Virus record (IMG/VR): IMGVR_UViG_3300045988_138996
Location: 32,001 to 96,000 of that record
Length of the DNA: 64,000 bases
Strand: one strand, 5' to 3'
Origin: a virus
The notes below the pieces were generated by a model that was not told where the DNA came from, did not search any database, and was given only the letters and a program-made list of their open reading frames with translations. Positions 26,699-37,303 of this stretch are shown piece after piece. The position numbers and the translations under genes are program-made. How positions within the stretch are numbered: position 1 is the first letter of the stretch; every line of letters starts with the position of its first letter.

Positions 26699-28594
26699 AT
26701 GATCATGGATGATATTCTAGAACTACAGAAATCCGTTCTATATTTATTTAAATCTGTATTGCCTATCGAAACAAAAGCTAAGTGTAACTATTTAGATTTG
26801 TTATTAGAAGGCGTGTATATTATGCCGGAAGCCAGACAATATCTTGATGAAAGATTAAAAAGCTTCTGTACTAGAGAATTTGGTAATAATGTAGTTCATT
26901 ATAATAGAGCGACATTGTTCGAATCATTTAAAGATGTTGATCGAGCAAATGTCGAACGATTATTAGTCGACCAGTTAGATCATTATCTTTCTGTATATAC
27001 GCAAACAGAAGAAACGTCTAGCAAGCCTATTAACAGTTCTTTAGTATACGTTCCAGTTAAAAGTGAAACATATGAATGTGAACCTTTTATCTTTAATACA
27101 ACAGTGATCTCTATTATTACTGAAGAAGAATTAATTAAGCGCGCTACAGATTTGCTTTCTTCTGGTATTGCGTTAAATTCAGCTACACAAGAAAGTTTAA
27201 TTAATATCTTTAAAGCTTATAAAGATAAGTTCGATATTAATACTATTAAAAATAAAGAATTCTTAATGTATGTTTGTAAAGAATTAAATTTAGTACCTAA
27301 GAAAGCTGAACAATTATTACGTTATTGTGTATATAGAATGACATCTAGTCCAATGATTATTAATAGTGCTAGAGAACGCAAACATTTATATACATTAGTA
27401 TATTCTTATACAACTACTATTAATAGAATATTAAGGCAATATGTCGAAGAAAATGGCGTCGAACCTATTGCTCGACAATTTAATAGATATCGTAAGTTAT
27501 GGATTATTTTAAAACATGCTGGTAAAGATGCTGCTACTATTATTAATAGAGCTAGAAAATTATCCAACAAGTTGAATTGTCCTCATAAACTTCAAGTATT
27601 AGATCGTATTAACGATAAAAATATCGATATCGAAGACGTTAAGAAAGAACTTGAAAAAGTTACGATATTTAAAAAGTTTTCTTTATTGAATGCTATTTAT
27701 AACGCTAAGTCTAATGATAAGATGTATATTATTCGTAATGGTCATACATATTCTACGACTAAAGAACATACGTCAAAAGCATCGTTTAAAGTTAAGAATT
27801 TAATCTTTAATTCTATTAAAAAAGATATCGGTAAGAATATTAAAGGTAAACGTTTCTATATTCCAGAAGGAATTATGTATGCGGTACCGACAAGTCAAAA
27901 GAATTTTATCGATAATATTCCGATATATACTCGATATAAAATGGATAAGAATTCTATTATCGGTATTCATTGGACAAATTCTGAAGATGGACGTGTCGAC
28001 TTAGATTTACATTATACATCTAAGAATATCCATATTGGTTGGAATAGTCGTTTTGATTCTAAAGAAAATATTCTTTATACTGGTGACTTAACTGATGCAC
28101 CAACCCCTAAAGGTGCTACCGAAGCTTTTTATATTAAAGATACTTTAAAAAATGACTTCGGTATGATTAGTGTTAATAATTATTCTGGAAATCCAGGCTT
28201 GTTCGAACTATTTATCGGCGCCGATCCTGATAAAAAAATCTATGATCGTAACGGTATTATAAATGCTGAAAATTTAGCATTTAAATTCACTGGATTATCT
28301 ATGAATGACGATAATGAAAAATGCTTTGGCATTATTGATTCACAAGAAAATTCTCGTGAATTTATTTTTGTCGATAGTTCATCTGGATTTGATCGAGTAC
28401 CTGCATATAGCGCTCAAAAAGAAGTTATGCTTAGCGCAATTAGATCGATGGCTAAAAATCGATTATATCTTAATGAATTAATCGAAAAGCTTGGCGGCGA
28501 AGTTGTATTAGATAAAGAATCGGCTGACTATGATTTATCAATTAATAATCTTGTCAAAGATTCATTTAATTTCTTGTTTAAGGCTGATGTTTAA
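26699..28594 (+). CDS. Hypothetical protein (631 aa)
   Basis: Long ORF with an RBS: helical N-terminal two-thirds, beta-rich C-terminal domain. No motif recognised. Confidence 0.55.
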   Translation: MIMDDILELQKSVLYLFKSVLPIETKAKCNYLDLLLEGVYIMPEARQYLDERLKSFCTREFGNNVVHYNRATLFESFKDVDRANVERLLVDQLDHYLSVYTQTEETSSKPINSSLVYVPVKSETYECEPFIFNTTVISIITEEELIKRATDLLSSGIALNSATQESLINIFKAYKDKFDINTIKNKEFLMYVCKELNLVPKKAEQLLRYCVYRMTSSPMIINSARERKHLYTLVYSYTTTINRILRQYVEENGVEPIARQFNRYRKLWIILKHAGKDAATIINRARKLSNKLNCPHKLQVLDRINDKNIDIEDVKKELEKVTIFKKFSLLNAIYNAKSNDKMYIIRNGHTYSTTKEHTSKASFKVKNLIFNSIKKDIGKNIKGKRFYIPEGIMYAVPTSQKNFIDNIPIYTRYKMDKNSIIGIHWTNSEDGRVDLDLHYTSKNIHIGWNSRFDSKENILYTGDLTDAPTPKGATEAFYIKDTLKNDFGMISVNNYSGNPGLFELFIGADPDKKIYDRNGIINAENLAFKFTGLSMNDDNEKCFGIIDSQENSREFIFVDSSSGFDRVPAYSAQKEVMLSAIRSMAKNRLYLNELIEKLGGEVVLDKESADYDLSINNLVKDSFNFLFKADV

Positions 28595-28612
28595 TCATCA
28601 GCCTTTTACTAT

Positions 28613-28927
28613 ATGGAGGAACTATTGGATACAAGAGAAGAATTAAATAAAACTGTATCTGAAATGAATCATATTATTAAAGACATAATTAAAGTTGCTA
28701 ACATGTCTAATCAAGAAGAAAAATCTAAGATTTCAATTTTACAACAATTGTTAAATAAAACTGAAGATTTAATAGATGTTGTTAAAACTCCTCAAAAAGA
28801 TTTAAATGTAATTCTTGATGAGCAGCGTCGATGGATTCTATTAGATATGGAAGATAGAATTCGTAGATCTGAACTAGAGATGTTAGATAGAATAAAGTAT
28901 TTATTAGAACGTGAAAGGAATCATTAA
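28613..28927 (+). CDS. Hypothetical coiled-coil protein
   Basis: ORF coupled to tmk. Confidence 0.5.
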   Translation: MEELLDTREELNKTVSEMNHIIKDIIKVANMSNQEEKSKISILQQLLNKTEDLIDVVKTPQKDLNVILDEQRRWILLDMEDRIRRSELEMLDRIKYLLERERNH

Positions 28928-29616
28928 TGAGCTTTAATAATAAACGAGCAAAACTTATTGTTCTTGATGGTGGCGATGGTTGTGGTAAAAATACACAGAC
29001 ATTAAAACTTGTTGAACGATTACAAGCTGAAGGTAAAAAAGTTAAATATTTAACATTTCCTGATTACAACAAAGATACGTCTATATTTGTTAAAAAATAT
29101 CTTAACGGTGATTTTGGTGATCGAGAATCTGTTAAACCTCAAGTCGCTTCATTATTCTTTGCATTAGATCGATATGCAACGATTCAAGAATGGAAATCTA
29201 TTTTTGAAGATCCTGAAATGATTGTAGTTTGTGATCGATATGTAACGTCTAATATGTTATATCAAATGGTTCGTTATGAAAATAATGATCAACAATTAGC
29301 ATTTTTACGTTGGTTAGAAACAACTGAATATGATTTATTAGATTTACCGGCACCAGATATCGTATTATTTTTAACATTACCATTATATGTCAGAAAAGAT
29401 ATGTTATTAAATCGTTTAGGCAAAACTGGTGGTAGTACTGGTGATATCCATGAAAAAGACATGGATTATTTGCGACAAATTGACGAAGCGCAATATAAAT
29501 TAATTAATAAAATGAATATGGTTCAGATCGATTGTTCTAATGAAGATACAGTTAAATCAATCGATGAAATTCATAAATTAATTTATAATACATTGCAAGA
29601 GAAAGGAATGATCTGA
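28927..29616 (+). CDS. tmk: Thymidylate kinase
   Basis: P-loop LDGGDGCGKNTQ, DRY motif (CDRYVTSNMLYQ), and a lid region. Confidence 0.8.
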   Translation: MSFNNKRAKLIVLDGGDGCGKNTQTLKLVERLQAEGKKVKYLTFPDYNKDTSIFVKKYLNGDFGDRESVKPQVASLFFALDRYATIQEWKSIFEDPEMIVVCDRYVTSNMLYQMVRYENNDQQLAFLRWLETTEYDLLDLPAPDIVLFLTLPLYVRKDMLLNRLGKTGGSTGDIHEKDMDYLRQIDEAQYKLINKMNMVQIDCSNEDTVKSIDEIHKLIYNTLQEKGMI

Positions 29617-29784
29617 ATGCCAGAAAAAGTATATATCGTTATGGTCGATGGTCAAATCGAAGCACTATATTATAATGAAGCTAATGCTCGAGAAGATATC
29701 GAAGAACGTATCGAAGAAGGATATGCTCCTGAAGACGTAGCTATTCGAACTTGTTACATTAATGATTTTAACGAGGAAGAATAA
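29617..29784 (+). CDS. Small hypothetical ORF (55 aa)
   Basis: ATG overlaps the tmk stop. Resembles the C-terminal half of the next ORF. Confidence 0.4.
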   Translation: MPEKVYIVMVDGQIEALYYNEANAREDIEERIEEGYAPEDVAIRTCYINDFNEEE

Positions 29785-29786
29785 CT

Positions 29787-30119
29787 ATGATCGATAAAAA
29801 TGATCCTTTATACAATCAAAAAATATCGATAGCGTTAGAATTAAATCGTTTAGAAAAAGAAGTATCTGGTTATGCACCAGATGATGATTATTTAGATATT
29901 ATGAATGATTTAGAAATTTCAATCGATAATCTTTATAAGAAGGTAAACATGATCGAAACCATTTATGCTTTATTAGCTTATTCTGATGATTTTGATTCTC
30001 CATTAATTGGTGTATATGAATCATTAGATAAAGCTGAAGAAAAGCGTCAAGAATATATCGATAACAATATTATTAGCGAAGATATGATCTTTGTCGAAGT
30101 TCAACATATTATTAAGTAG
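29787..30119 (+). CDS. Hypothetical protein
   Basis: GAGGAAGA RBS. Confidence 0.5.
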   Translation: MIDKNDPLYNQKISIALELNRLEKEVSGYAPDDDYLDIMNDLEISIDNLYKKVNMIETIYALLAYSDDFDSPLIGVYESLDKAEEKRQEYIDNNIISEDMIFVEVQHIIK

Positions 30120-30127
30120 GTGCTATT

Positions 30128-30460
30128 ATGAAAGTATTTTTATCTCAACCGATGCGTGGTAAAACACATGAAGAAATTCTAAGTAGTATTCGTGAAGTTC
30201 AAGAATTTTTAACTAAATATCTTGACTCTACGAATATTGAAATTATCGAAAGTTATTCTCCTCGTAATAAAGATAAAGAACCATTAGTAGCACTTGGCGA
30301 TTCTATTAAAGACTTAGCAAAAGCAGATTTAGCAGTATTCTTAAATGATTGGAATCAATATCGCGGTTGTATTATTGAGCATCATACAGCTAAGATTTAT
30401 GAAATTCCTCATATTTCTATTAAAAGTGAAAATGGTTTATTGAAAGTAGTTGATAAATAA
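30128..30460 (+). CDS. DUF4406 / nucleoside 2-deoxyribosyltransferase-like small protein (second copy)
   Basis: FLSQPMRGK near the N-terminus and a distal YRGCIIEH, the same layout as the ORF at 1490. Confidence 0.4.
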   Translation: MKVFLSQPMRGKTHEEILSSIREVQEFLTKYLDSTNIEIIESYSPRNKDKEPLVALGDSIKDLAKADLAVFLNDWNQYRGCIIEHHTAKIYEIPHISIKSENGLLKVVDK

Positions 30461-30972
30461 TGAACTACGGTCAAATTCGTGAATACGATATTGCTAATGG
30501 TGTCGGCATTCGTGCTACGTTATTCGTAACTGGATGCTCTCACCATTGTCATAATTGTTTTAATCCAGAATATTGGAGTCATGAAGCTGGTCAACTATTT
30601 GATGATGTGGCAGCACATAGACTCGTTGATTATTTAAAGCATCCACAAGTATCTGGTCTAACTATTCTTGGCGGAGAACCTTTTGAAAATGTCGATGGTC
30701 TTGTTAATTTTATTAAGACATATATAAAAGGACAAGAATGGTTTAACAATAAAGATATTTGGTGTTATTCTGGATATACACTCGATCAAATTATCGAAGA
30801 TCCTAATAAGGTTAAATTATTAGAATTAGTCGACGTATTGGTCGATGGTAAATTTGTCGAAGAGTTAAAAGATCCGTCTTTAAAATTCAGAGGATCATCT
30901 AATCAAAACATTTATAAAATTAAACATGTAGATAATCATATATGTGCAGATTTTTATTCTGAATTAATGTGA
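30460..30972 (+). CDS. nrdG: Anaerobic ribonucleotide reductase activating protein (radical SAM)
   Basis: GIRATLFVTGCSHHCHNCFNPEYW carries the CxxxCxxC cluster motif. Size and GGEP motif fit NrdG. Confidence 0.85.
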   Translation: MNYGQIREYDIANGVGIRATLFVTGCSHHCHNCFNPEYWSHEAGQLFDDVAAHRLVDYLKHPQVSGLTILGGEPFENVDGLVNFIKTYIKGQEWFNNKDIWCYSGYTLDQIIEDPNKVKLLELVDVLVDGKFVEELKDPSLKFRGSSNQNIYKIKHVDNHICADFYSELM

Positions 30973-30983
30973 GGTATTGTATT

Positions 30984-31157
30984 ATGGGACTTAAAGCAGC
31001 ATTTAAAAAAGCGTGTAATCATGTTAACGATATGTATCACGATTATACATTAACTCCAAAAAAAGATTGGGAAATTCAAAAGCTTAAACGTCAACTTGAA
31101 GAGGAAAAGGCTAAGAATCGATTCCCTCATGTATCTATTGCCAAAAAATCACGGTAA
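30984..31157 (+). CDS. Small hypothetical protein
   Basis: ATG at 30984 follows a GAGGT RBS (the ORF track starts at GTG 30969). Confidence 0.45.
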   Translation: MGLKAAFKKACNHVNDMYHDYTLTPKKDWEIQKLKRQLEEEKAKNRFPHVSIAKKSR

Positions 31158-31166
31158 TATTATAAT

Positions 31167-31226
31167 ACTAGTGTCCGGTATAATGAGTTGTACCGAAGAA
31201 ATAGCGGTGAGCCCACGGACACTAGT
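31167..31226 (+). other. 11 bp stem enclosing a 38 nt structured loop
   Basis: actagtgtccg (31167-31177) pairs with cggacactagt (31216-31226), with an inner ggta/tacc helix, followed by tttt. Confidence 0.45.
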
Positions 31227-31250
31227 TTTAATAACGAAAGGATATTCACT

Positions 31251-31460
31251 ATGGACAATGCATTAGAAATTATTACGAAAAACTTTGAAGATATTATTAC
31301 ATCTGATAAAGGACACTGTACTAGAGTTATTGCTAGTAAGGATAATAAAACTTGGTACTTTGATATTTATCAAGATATGGTATTAGTATTCGATGGTATT
31401 AATGAACAAATCGAATTAAATACCGAAGAAGAATTAAAAAATTATATTGCAGATTGCTAA
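31251..31460 (+). CDS. Hypothetical protein
   Basis: ATG at 31251 follows a GAAAGGA RBS. The ORF-track start at 31188 lies inside the hairpin. Confidence 0.5.
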   Translation: MDNALEIITKNFEDIITSDKGHCTRVIASKDNKTWYFDIYQDMVLVFDGINEQIELNTEEELKNYIADC

Positions 31461-31461
31461 T

Positions 31462-31623
31462 ATGAATACATATTTAACAGCGTTATCAATCGCTGTCTTT
31501 TTAACAGAATTAATCAATCGATTATTCTTTCATTTTGAAACCATCTATACAATTCTATATTGTTTTATTATAGTAACGTTATTTTATATAACGTTGTTAG
31601 TATATTTCAAATACAGGAAATAA
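31462..31623 (+). CDS. Small membrane ORF (53 aa)
   Basis: Two hydrophobic segments; below the ORF-track size cutoff. Confidence 0.35.
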   Translation: MNTYLTALSIAVFLTELINRLFFHFETIYTILYCFIIVTLFYITLLVYFKYRK

Positions 31624-31624
31624 A

Positions 31625-31780
31625 ATGGAATCACGTATTATTCCTGGCGAAATCCTAATTTTTTCTAAAAGGGCTGTTGTATTTGTAGAACATGTCGATA
31701 CCGAAAGGATTAAAGTTCAAGATATTAACAATAAACAAGAGAAAATAGTATTAGCCAAGGATTGCAAAAAGCAGGCTTAA
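31625..31780 (+). CDS. Small ORF (51 aa)
   Basis: Coupled to the previous ORF and followed by terminators. Confidence 0.35.
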   Translation: MESRIIPGEILIFSKRAVVFVEHVDTERIKVQDINNKQEKIVLAKDCKKQA

Positions 31781-31800
31781 AATCTTTAAGCTGCTTATTG

Positions 31801-31846
31801 GAGGTGAGCTGTCCCCCTATCGGGGGCCACTCACCTCTTTTTTTCT
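31801..31846 (+). terminator. Strong intrinsic terminator
   Basis: gaggtgag..gtccccc-tatc-gggggc..ctcacctc followed by a T-run. Confidence 0.8.
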
Positions 31847-31913
31847 TTCTATTTTTCTGTTATAATTAATACATATAGTTATATTTTTGTATTTCTTTCT
31901 CGAGGATTAGTAA

Positions 31914-32180
31914 ATGAAAAAATATGTGATTTATCTCCCAAACGAAATTATTAATTTTTGTGAAGACCCTGGCGATAGTATTGTGTATTCAGTACTTGAT
32001 CTTAATAAGTCTGAACAGGAAATTGTCGATCAATTTTGTTCTGACTTAACGTATGATCATTACAAAGCATATGCATTACTAGCTAAACATGGAATTATTT
32101 CTAAAGAATTTGCATGTTTAAAACTAGCAAATGTTGTCGGCGAACTTAATAAAGATTTAAATGAATTGATGGGTGAATAG
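31914..32180 (+). CDS. Hypothetical protein
   Basis: GAGGA RBS. Confidence 0.5.
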   Translation: MKKYVIYLPNEIINFCEDPGDSIVYSVLDLNKSEQEIVDQFCSDLTYDHYKAYALLAKHGIISKEFACLKLANVVGELNKDLNELMGE

Positions 32181-32622
32181 TATGAGAAAATTTGAAGTAG
32201 TATCACATTGTAAAAATATCGAAGTAAAACTTCCTAAACGTAAGACTAAAAAATCTGCAGGGTATGATTTTTTTGCTATCGAAGACGTCGATTTATACCC
32301 TAATAAATTATACGTATTGCCAACTGGTATTAAAGTGCAAATGGAAGAAGACGAAGTATTATATCTTCATATTCGATCTTCAGCTGCATTTAAGCGCGGC
32401 GTACGTATGATTAATAGTATCGGTGTCATCGATAGTGACTTCTATAACAACGAATCTAATGAAGGTGAAATTTCTTTAGGTTTATTATCTCATAATGATG
32501 ATGTCGTTCATATTAGAAAAGGCGAATGCGTTGCCCAAGGCGTATTTCATAAATTTTTAATTACAGACGATGATGATGCCGACGGTGAAAGAACTGGCGG
32601 TATCGGTAGTACAGGTAAATAA
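32173..32622 (+). CDS. dut: dUTPase (trimeric type)
   Basis: Motifs KSAGYDF, GVIDSDF, RTGGIGSTGK. Confidence 0.85.
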   Translation: MNSMRKFEVVSHCKNIEVKLPKRKTKKSAGYDFFAIEDVDLYPNKLYVLPTGIKVQMEEDEVLYLHIRSSAAFKRGVRMINSIGVIDSDFYNNESNEGEISLGLLSHNDDVVHIRKGECVAQGVFHKFLITDDDDADGERTGGIGSTGK

Positions 32623-32676
32623 TATATTATGTTAAGACAGTATGAATGAATACTGTCTTTTCTGTTAAGGTGAATA

Positions 32677-33351
32677 ATGATTACGAAATTAAAAAAAGTT
32701 TGTAAACGATGTGTCGAAGATTATAAAGATCTTAATATGTATAAGTTAAATATTATCTTATATTTTATGGACCGACTTCATCGTTTTAAATTAAGTGAAC
32801 CATTTTTCGATGAAGAATTTATTCTTGATAGCGAAATGGGCCCGTATTTAGAATCTGTCAAAGATGCTTATGGTCAATATAATTTATATAATATCCCGAC
32901 ATTTGGTGCGAATAATATCTTTGATGACGACGAAGTATTAACGTTAAATGATAGAGATGAAATTGCCAACGATGACGACGACATTAAGGATACACATGAA
33001 GTCGTTATTACTTCTTACTATGAAGAAGATGGCATTCCTCATTGGGACGAAGCCGATATGTCTTTAGATAATCAAACTGAAGAAGATATTTATGAATTCA
33101 TGAAGGCTGCTTTCGAAGCTATCGATACGACTGGCTTGATTTACTTCTATGAAACATCTAAAGATCCTGAACGCAATGTCGATGTGTTTTTATCAGATAA
33201 ATTAGCAGCATATTTAGATGTTAAGGCAAAAGGATTCCCTGAACCAGATAAATCTAAACCGTTGCCACAAGTCGAAGAAGAACATAAAGACGACGAAATC
33301 ACGGAAGAGGAAATTCTTGAACGGCTTAATAGAGCTCGTAAACCTTTGTAA
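32677..33351 (+). CDS. Panacea/DUF4065 domain protein with an acidic C-terminal extension
   Basis: KLNIILYFMDRLH...MGPYLESV pattern; D/E-rich tail. Confidence 0.45.
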   Translation: MITKLKKVCKRCVEDYKDLNMYKLNIILYFMDRLHRFKLSEPFFDEEFILDSEMGPYLESVKDAYGQYNLYNIPTFGANNIFDDDEVLTLNDRDEIANDDDDIKDTHEVVITSYYEEDGIPHWDEADMSLDNQTEEDIYEFMKAAFEAIDTTGLIYFYETSKDPERNVDVFLSDKLAAYLDVKAKGFPEPDKSKPLPQVEEEHKDDEITEEEILERLNRARKPL

Positions 33352-33375
33352 TATATAAGGTTGAAGGAGGCTTAT

Positions 33376-34053
33376 ATGTCTGAAAAAGAATTATCAAAAA
33401 AAGAAGCCGAACTCACAAAACTGCTAGATCAATATGTCGATCGTTATAATTCTTGGGGTTATACCGAAGAAGGAAAAATGATTTACAATAAAGCCATGCA
33501 TATGTTAGCTACAGATCATGCTATCTATGCACGTATGCCAATTATATGTAAAGGCGAAAATTGTATTTATAAAAACGATCCGTTACATAAAGCAGGTGTT
33601 GTTAAGGTAGGCGAACCGTGTATTTGTGAAACTACGTTAATAGCTTCCAAATTTGCACAGTATCAACAAGAATTTAATCTTGAATCTGCGTCATATACTG
33701 ATAATGTATTAGTTCACGAATTAATTACGCTCGACCTACTTATTTCTAGAGCAATGCAATATATCAACAATCGTGATTACGAACCAGTTATCGATGTCGT
33801 TACTAATGTGACAGAGACAGGTCAAGAAATTACTCAACCTATGGTTTCTAAAGGTATCGAATTATATACGACACTTTCTAAGAAACGTGACGAAGTATTT
33901 AGTTTATTAGCTGCGACACGCAAAGATAAAATTCGTAATAATATCGACGATGTTGATCATGATGCATCGCTCCTTGCGTCGCTTAACGATCCTGACTTCT
34001 TTATTACACAAGACCAGATCGAAGCGGAGAAAGAGTCGAGGTTAAATGAATAA
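33376..34053 (+). CDS. Hypothetical protein (a small terminase subunit is possible from position only)
   Basis: ATG follows a GAAGGAGG RBS. First gene of the late block upstream of terL. No diagnostic motif. Confidence 0.3.
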   Translation: MSEKELSKKEAELTKLLDQYVDRYNSWGYTEEGKMIYNKAMHMLATDHAIYARMPIICKGENCIYKNDPLHKAGVVKVGEPCICETTLIASKFAQYQQEFNLESASYTDNVLVHELITLDLLISRAMQYINNRDYEPVIDVVTNVTETGQEITQPMVSKGIELYTTLSKKRDEVFSLLAATRKDKIRNNIDDVDHDASLLASLNDPDFFITQDQIEAEKESRLNE

Positions 34054-34562
34054 TGGGTGCAGCTGAAAAAATTATTGAAGCTACTGGAAATGCAGCTAGT
34101 AAAGCATTAAAAGGTGGAGCAGCTAACGAGTTATTACCTAATGGCGCTGTTAAAGGCTCATCTATTTTTAAAACAATTGAAAATTTTATTACTAATCCTC
34201 AAGGATCTATTCAACAAGCAGCTAATCCATTATACACTCTAGGACTAGGTGCTGCTGGTCATCAAAGCGGCATGGGTGTTGGTAATTCATTACGTTTTGC
34301 TGCAATGAATGAAACAAGTCGTAAAGCTTTTGTTGACAAATTCGGAGAAAGAAATTTTGTAGAAGAATTTGCTGATCATGAAAAAGCTGGTGCACTGCAA
34401 AAAGAATTAGATTCATTTTTTGACGAAGCTAAATACGATCATGTTCGTACAGGTATTGCTGCCGTAACATTAGGTTCGACAGCTTATCGTGTAGCATCTG
34501 GTGGCGGATTGTATCGAGATTCTGACGGCAACTTTAATATTATCGGTATTCCAGGTATTTAA
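34053..34562 (+). CDS. Gly/Ala-rich hypothetical protein
   Basis: ORF coupled to the upstream gene. Confidence 0.5.
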   Translation: MGAAEKIIEATGNAASKALKGGAANELLPNGAVKGSSIFKTIENFITNPQGSIQQAANPLYTLGLGAAGHQSGMGVGNSLRFAAMNETSRKAFVDKFGERNFVEEFADHEKAGALQKELDSFFDEAKYDHVRTGIAAVTLGSTAYRVASGGGLYRDSDGNFNIIGIPGI

Positions 34563-34565
34563 TAA

Positions 34566-35321
34566 ATGGCTGTTCCAGTATCAAGAATAACTAGAGCTCT
34601 TGGCAAAGCTAAGAAAATGGTAGCAGAAGCCAATAGCCCGACATTAGAATTAAATAGAGTAGCTGAAAATTATAAGACGGCTCTTAAAGAAGCTGATATT
34701 GAAACTTCAGCTGTTACTAATAAAATTAAAGAAAAGCCAAAAAGTACTTTTGCTGAAGAACGTAAAGTTGCTCGAGCTAAAGATGCTACTGAAAAAGCAG
34801 CTAAAGAAGCTAAAGCTGTTAATCCTAGCGAAACAAATGTCGCTAAACAAACAGATAATACTCAGCAAATAGCACAAAATCAAGTTCAAAAAAATCAAGT
34901 AGAAGTAGCCAAAGCTAATGAAGAAGTAACATCTCAAATTGATGAGACTGCTGGTTTTAATAAATATCGTCCATTTAATAGCACGATTGGTGCACTAAAG
35001 GATATGCGTCAGGATTTAATTAGAGTAAAAAATCCTAATGCTTATGAAACATATAATCGTTATGGTTTTACAGTAAAAGGCGGAGCATTAGCCGGTGGTT
35101 TATTTGTAGCTGGTGCTGTAGACAATACGATAACAGCCGGTATCGATCAAACGTCAACAAATCATATGGCGTCGTTAGGTACACTTAATCCAGTAGTAAA
35201 TCCTGTACCATCTTCTAGTATTGGTAATACACCCAATAATGCATTTGATAATATGGGCGCATCTGGCGATATTAATTTTGCTTTGAGAAAAAATAATACA
35301 TTAACTCCGGGGACACTTTAA
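34566..35321 (+). CDS. Hypothetical protein with a hydrophobic Gly/Ala segment
   Basis: ORF; contains GGALAGGLFVAGAV. Confidence 0.5.
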   Translation: MAVPVSRITRALGKAKKMVAEANSPTLELNRVAENYKTALKEADIETSAVTNKIKEKPKSTFAEERKVARAKDATEKAAKEAKAVNPSETNVAKQTDNTQQIAQNQVQKNQVEVAKANEEVTSQIDETAGFNKYRPFNSTIGALKDMRQDLIRVKNPNAYETYNRYGFTVKGGALAGGLFVAGAVDNTITAGIDQTSTNHMASLGTLNPVVNPVPSSSIGNTPNNAFDNMGASGDINFALRKNNTLTPGTL

Positions 35322-35324
35322 TAG

Positions 35325-35780
35325 ATGATTAATCCAATTAAGTATGCAGGATCAATGATTAAAGGTAAAGGATCGACTGCAAGTAAAATGCTTTGGGAAA
35401 ATAAAGGTAATGCTGTAGCTACTGGTATTTTTTCAACGATGACATATAATAGTGCTCTTGACGAAGGAAAATCTAAAGGCGAAGCTTTTGGTGAAGCAGC
35501 GTTTGATGCTGCATTAAATTTAGGCTTTGGTTTTGTTCCTGGTATGTTATTACAGGGAGCTTATTATGGTGGTCCTGCGTTAGTAGGACTTGCTAATGAT
35601 TTAGCTGCTCAAGGTCGTCAAGAAGCACAACAGTCATATCGACCATTTGCTTGGACTAATCCAGTAAATTCCCAACAGTATGCAACAATGAGACAGGCAG
35701 GAATGGCCATCGCTCAGCAATCTCAATATAGTTTACAAACAACTATGATGGGTAATGAAGGTAAAGCATTCCATAAATAA
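35325..35780 (+). CDS. Gly/Ala-rich hypothetical protein
   Basis: ORF; contains LNLGFGFVPGMLLQGAYYGGPALVG. Confidence 0.5.
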   Translation: MINPIKYAGSMIKGKGSTASKMLWENKGNAVATGIFSTMTYNSALDEGKSKGEAFGEAAFDAALNLGFGFVPGMLLQGAYYGGPALVGLANDLAAQGRQEAQQSYRPFAWTNPVNSQQYATMRQAGMAIAQQSQYSLQTTMMGNEGKAFHK

Positions 35781-35782
35781 TT

Positions 35783-36040
35783 ATGAAATTAGAACAAGAT
35801 TATTCTGTAAAAGAACTAATGGAAATGCCGTTAGATGACCTAGTTAAATTAGATTATCCTAAGTTATCTAAAGAAGGCAAGTTAGTCGTTATTAAACGAG
35901 ATCCAGTCATGTGGGCAAAGTCGTTTGTTCAGATTTATAATATCGATTTAGACAAATATGCTCCATGGACACCACGGTGGTATCAAGCCGAGATGCTTCG
36001 TGACAGAAGTCTTCGTAAAGTATTCCGATGTGGTCGTCGT
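35783..36040 (+). CDS. terL: Terminase large subunit, N-extein (up to the first half of Walker A)
   Basis: RWYQAEML...FRCGRR, then the intein Cys. GRR|TGKT rejoins as the Walker A motif. Confidence 0.85.
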
Positions 36041-37033
36041 TGTGTGACTGGTAATCTCGAAATTCAAATGCCATCGACTGGTAAAATTAAAACAGTACAA
36101 GAATTATATAATTCCCAAGAAGAATTTGAAGTTCTTGCACTCGACGATAATTACCAAGTCGAAATAGCACAACATGCTAAAGTCTATGATAATGGTATTA
36201 AACCAGTATATAGGCTTATGACATCGTCTGGTCGAACTATTGACGCCACTGATAATCACCCGTTCTTAACAGAGTTAGGATGGGCAGAACTTTCTAAATT
36301 ATCTGTCGGTGAAAATATAGCTATACCAGTTAAATTAAATTATTTTGGTGATAATAGTATAGAAGAAACTGAATTAAAAATTCTAGCACGTAAACTTAAT
36401 AAAGATAAATCTACTATTAAGGAAATACCAGAAGAAGTATTTACGTTAAATCGTGAAGCCTTATCTGTGTTTGTATCAGAATTAATTCAAGATTCTTTTA
36501 ATGAAAAAGAAAAGCGCCCTGTTAATATGCTTTATATTTCTAAAAGTAAAAAGCTTGTTAAACAGTTAGCACATTTATTGTTAAGATATGGTATCGTAAC
36601 AACATTCCGACAAGAAAACGACAAGTATTCTTTAGGATTCGTTAATAGTAAAACGCATCGACGTCTAAAGAAAAAATCTCATACTTCAATGTTCGCACTA
36701 TATCATTCTTATAAATATCAACCGGTAAATGATAAACTTAATAAAGTTTTCTTATCATATTTACCAGTTAAAGAATTATCGCCATCAGATTTTAAAAAAG
36801 TAAAATTCGATAAATTATCTGTCGAAGAATACTTAAAATCTAAAACTCTAAATAAAAACGAAGCTCGTGAATTTGCCGAGCTTTTAGGATTCGAAACAAT
36901 TTCCGATATATTATATGGTGATATATATTGGGATAAAATCGTATCGATTGAATATTTAGGTGAGCAACAAACATATGATGTTTCGGTACCACACTATCGT
37001 AACTTTATTGCTAACGATATTATTTCACATAAT
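36041..37033 (+). mobile_element. Intein (331 aa) inserted in the terL Walker A motif
   Basis: Starts CVTGN (block A), TDNHPF (block B), ends DIISHN, followed by a +1 Thr (TGKTE). The middle region looks like a degenerate endonuclease domain. Confidence 0.85.
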
Positions 37034-37303
37034 ACTGGCAAAACAGAAACGATGGTGGTCGAAGCACTCTTTAATGTGTTTACACGTAAGAATTTTATTC
37101 ATATGTTCGTAACACCATATCAATCACAAATTCGAATGATATTCGATAATATCCGTCAAAAAATTGATAGCTCTGCACTTATTAAACGAGAAGTAACACG
37201 ATCGACTACTAATCCTCATTTATTAGAATTCTCTAATGGTTCTAAGATCGTTGGATTTACTTCTGGTGCCGGATCTGGTATGAGTGCCGCATCAATTCGG
37301 GGT
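37034..37303 (+). CDS. terL: terL coding segment 2 (Walker A second half to ...SIRG)
   Basis: TGKTETMVVEAL...GSKIVGFTSGAGSGMSAASIRG. The 3' end is set by P1 pairing ggggU with gcccc (37314-37318). Confidence 0.75.
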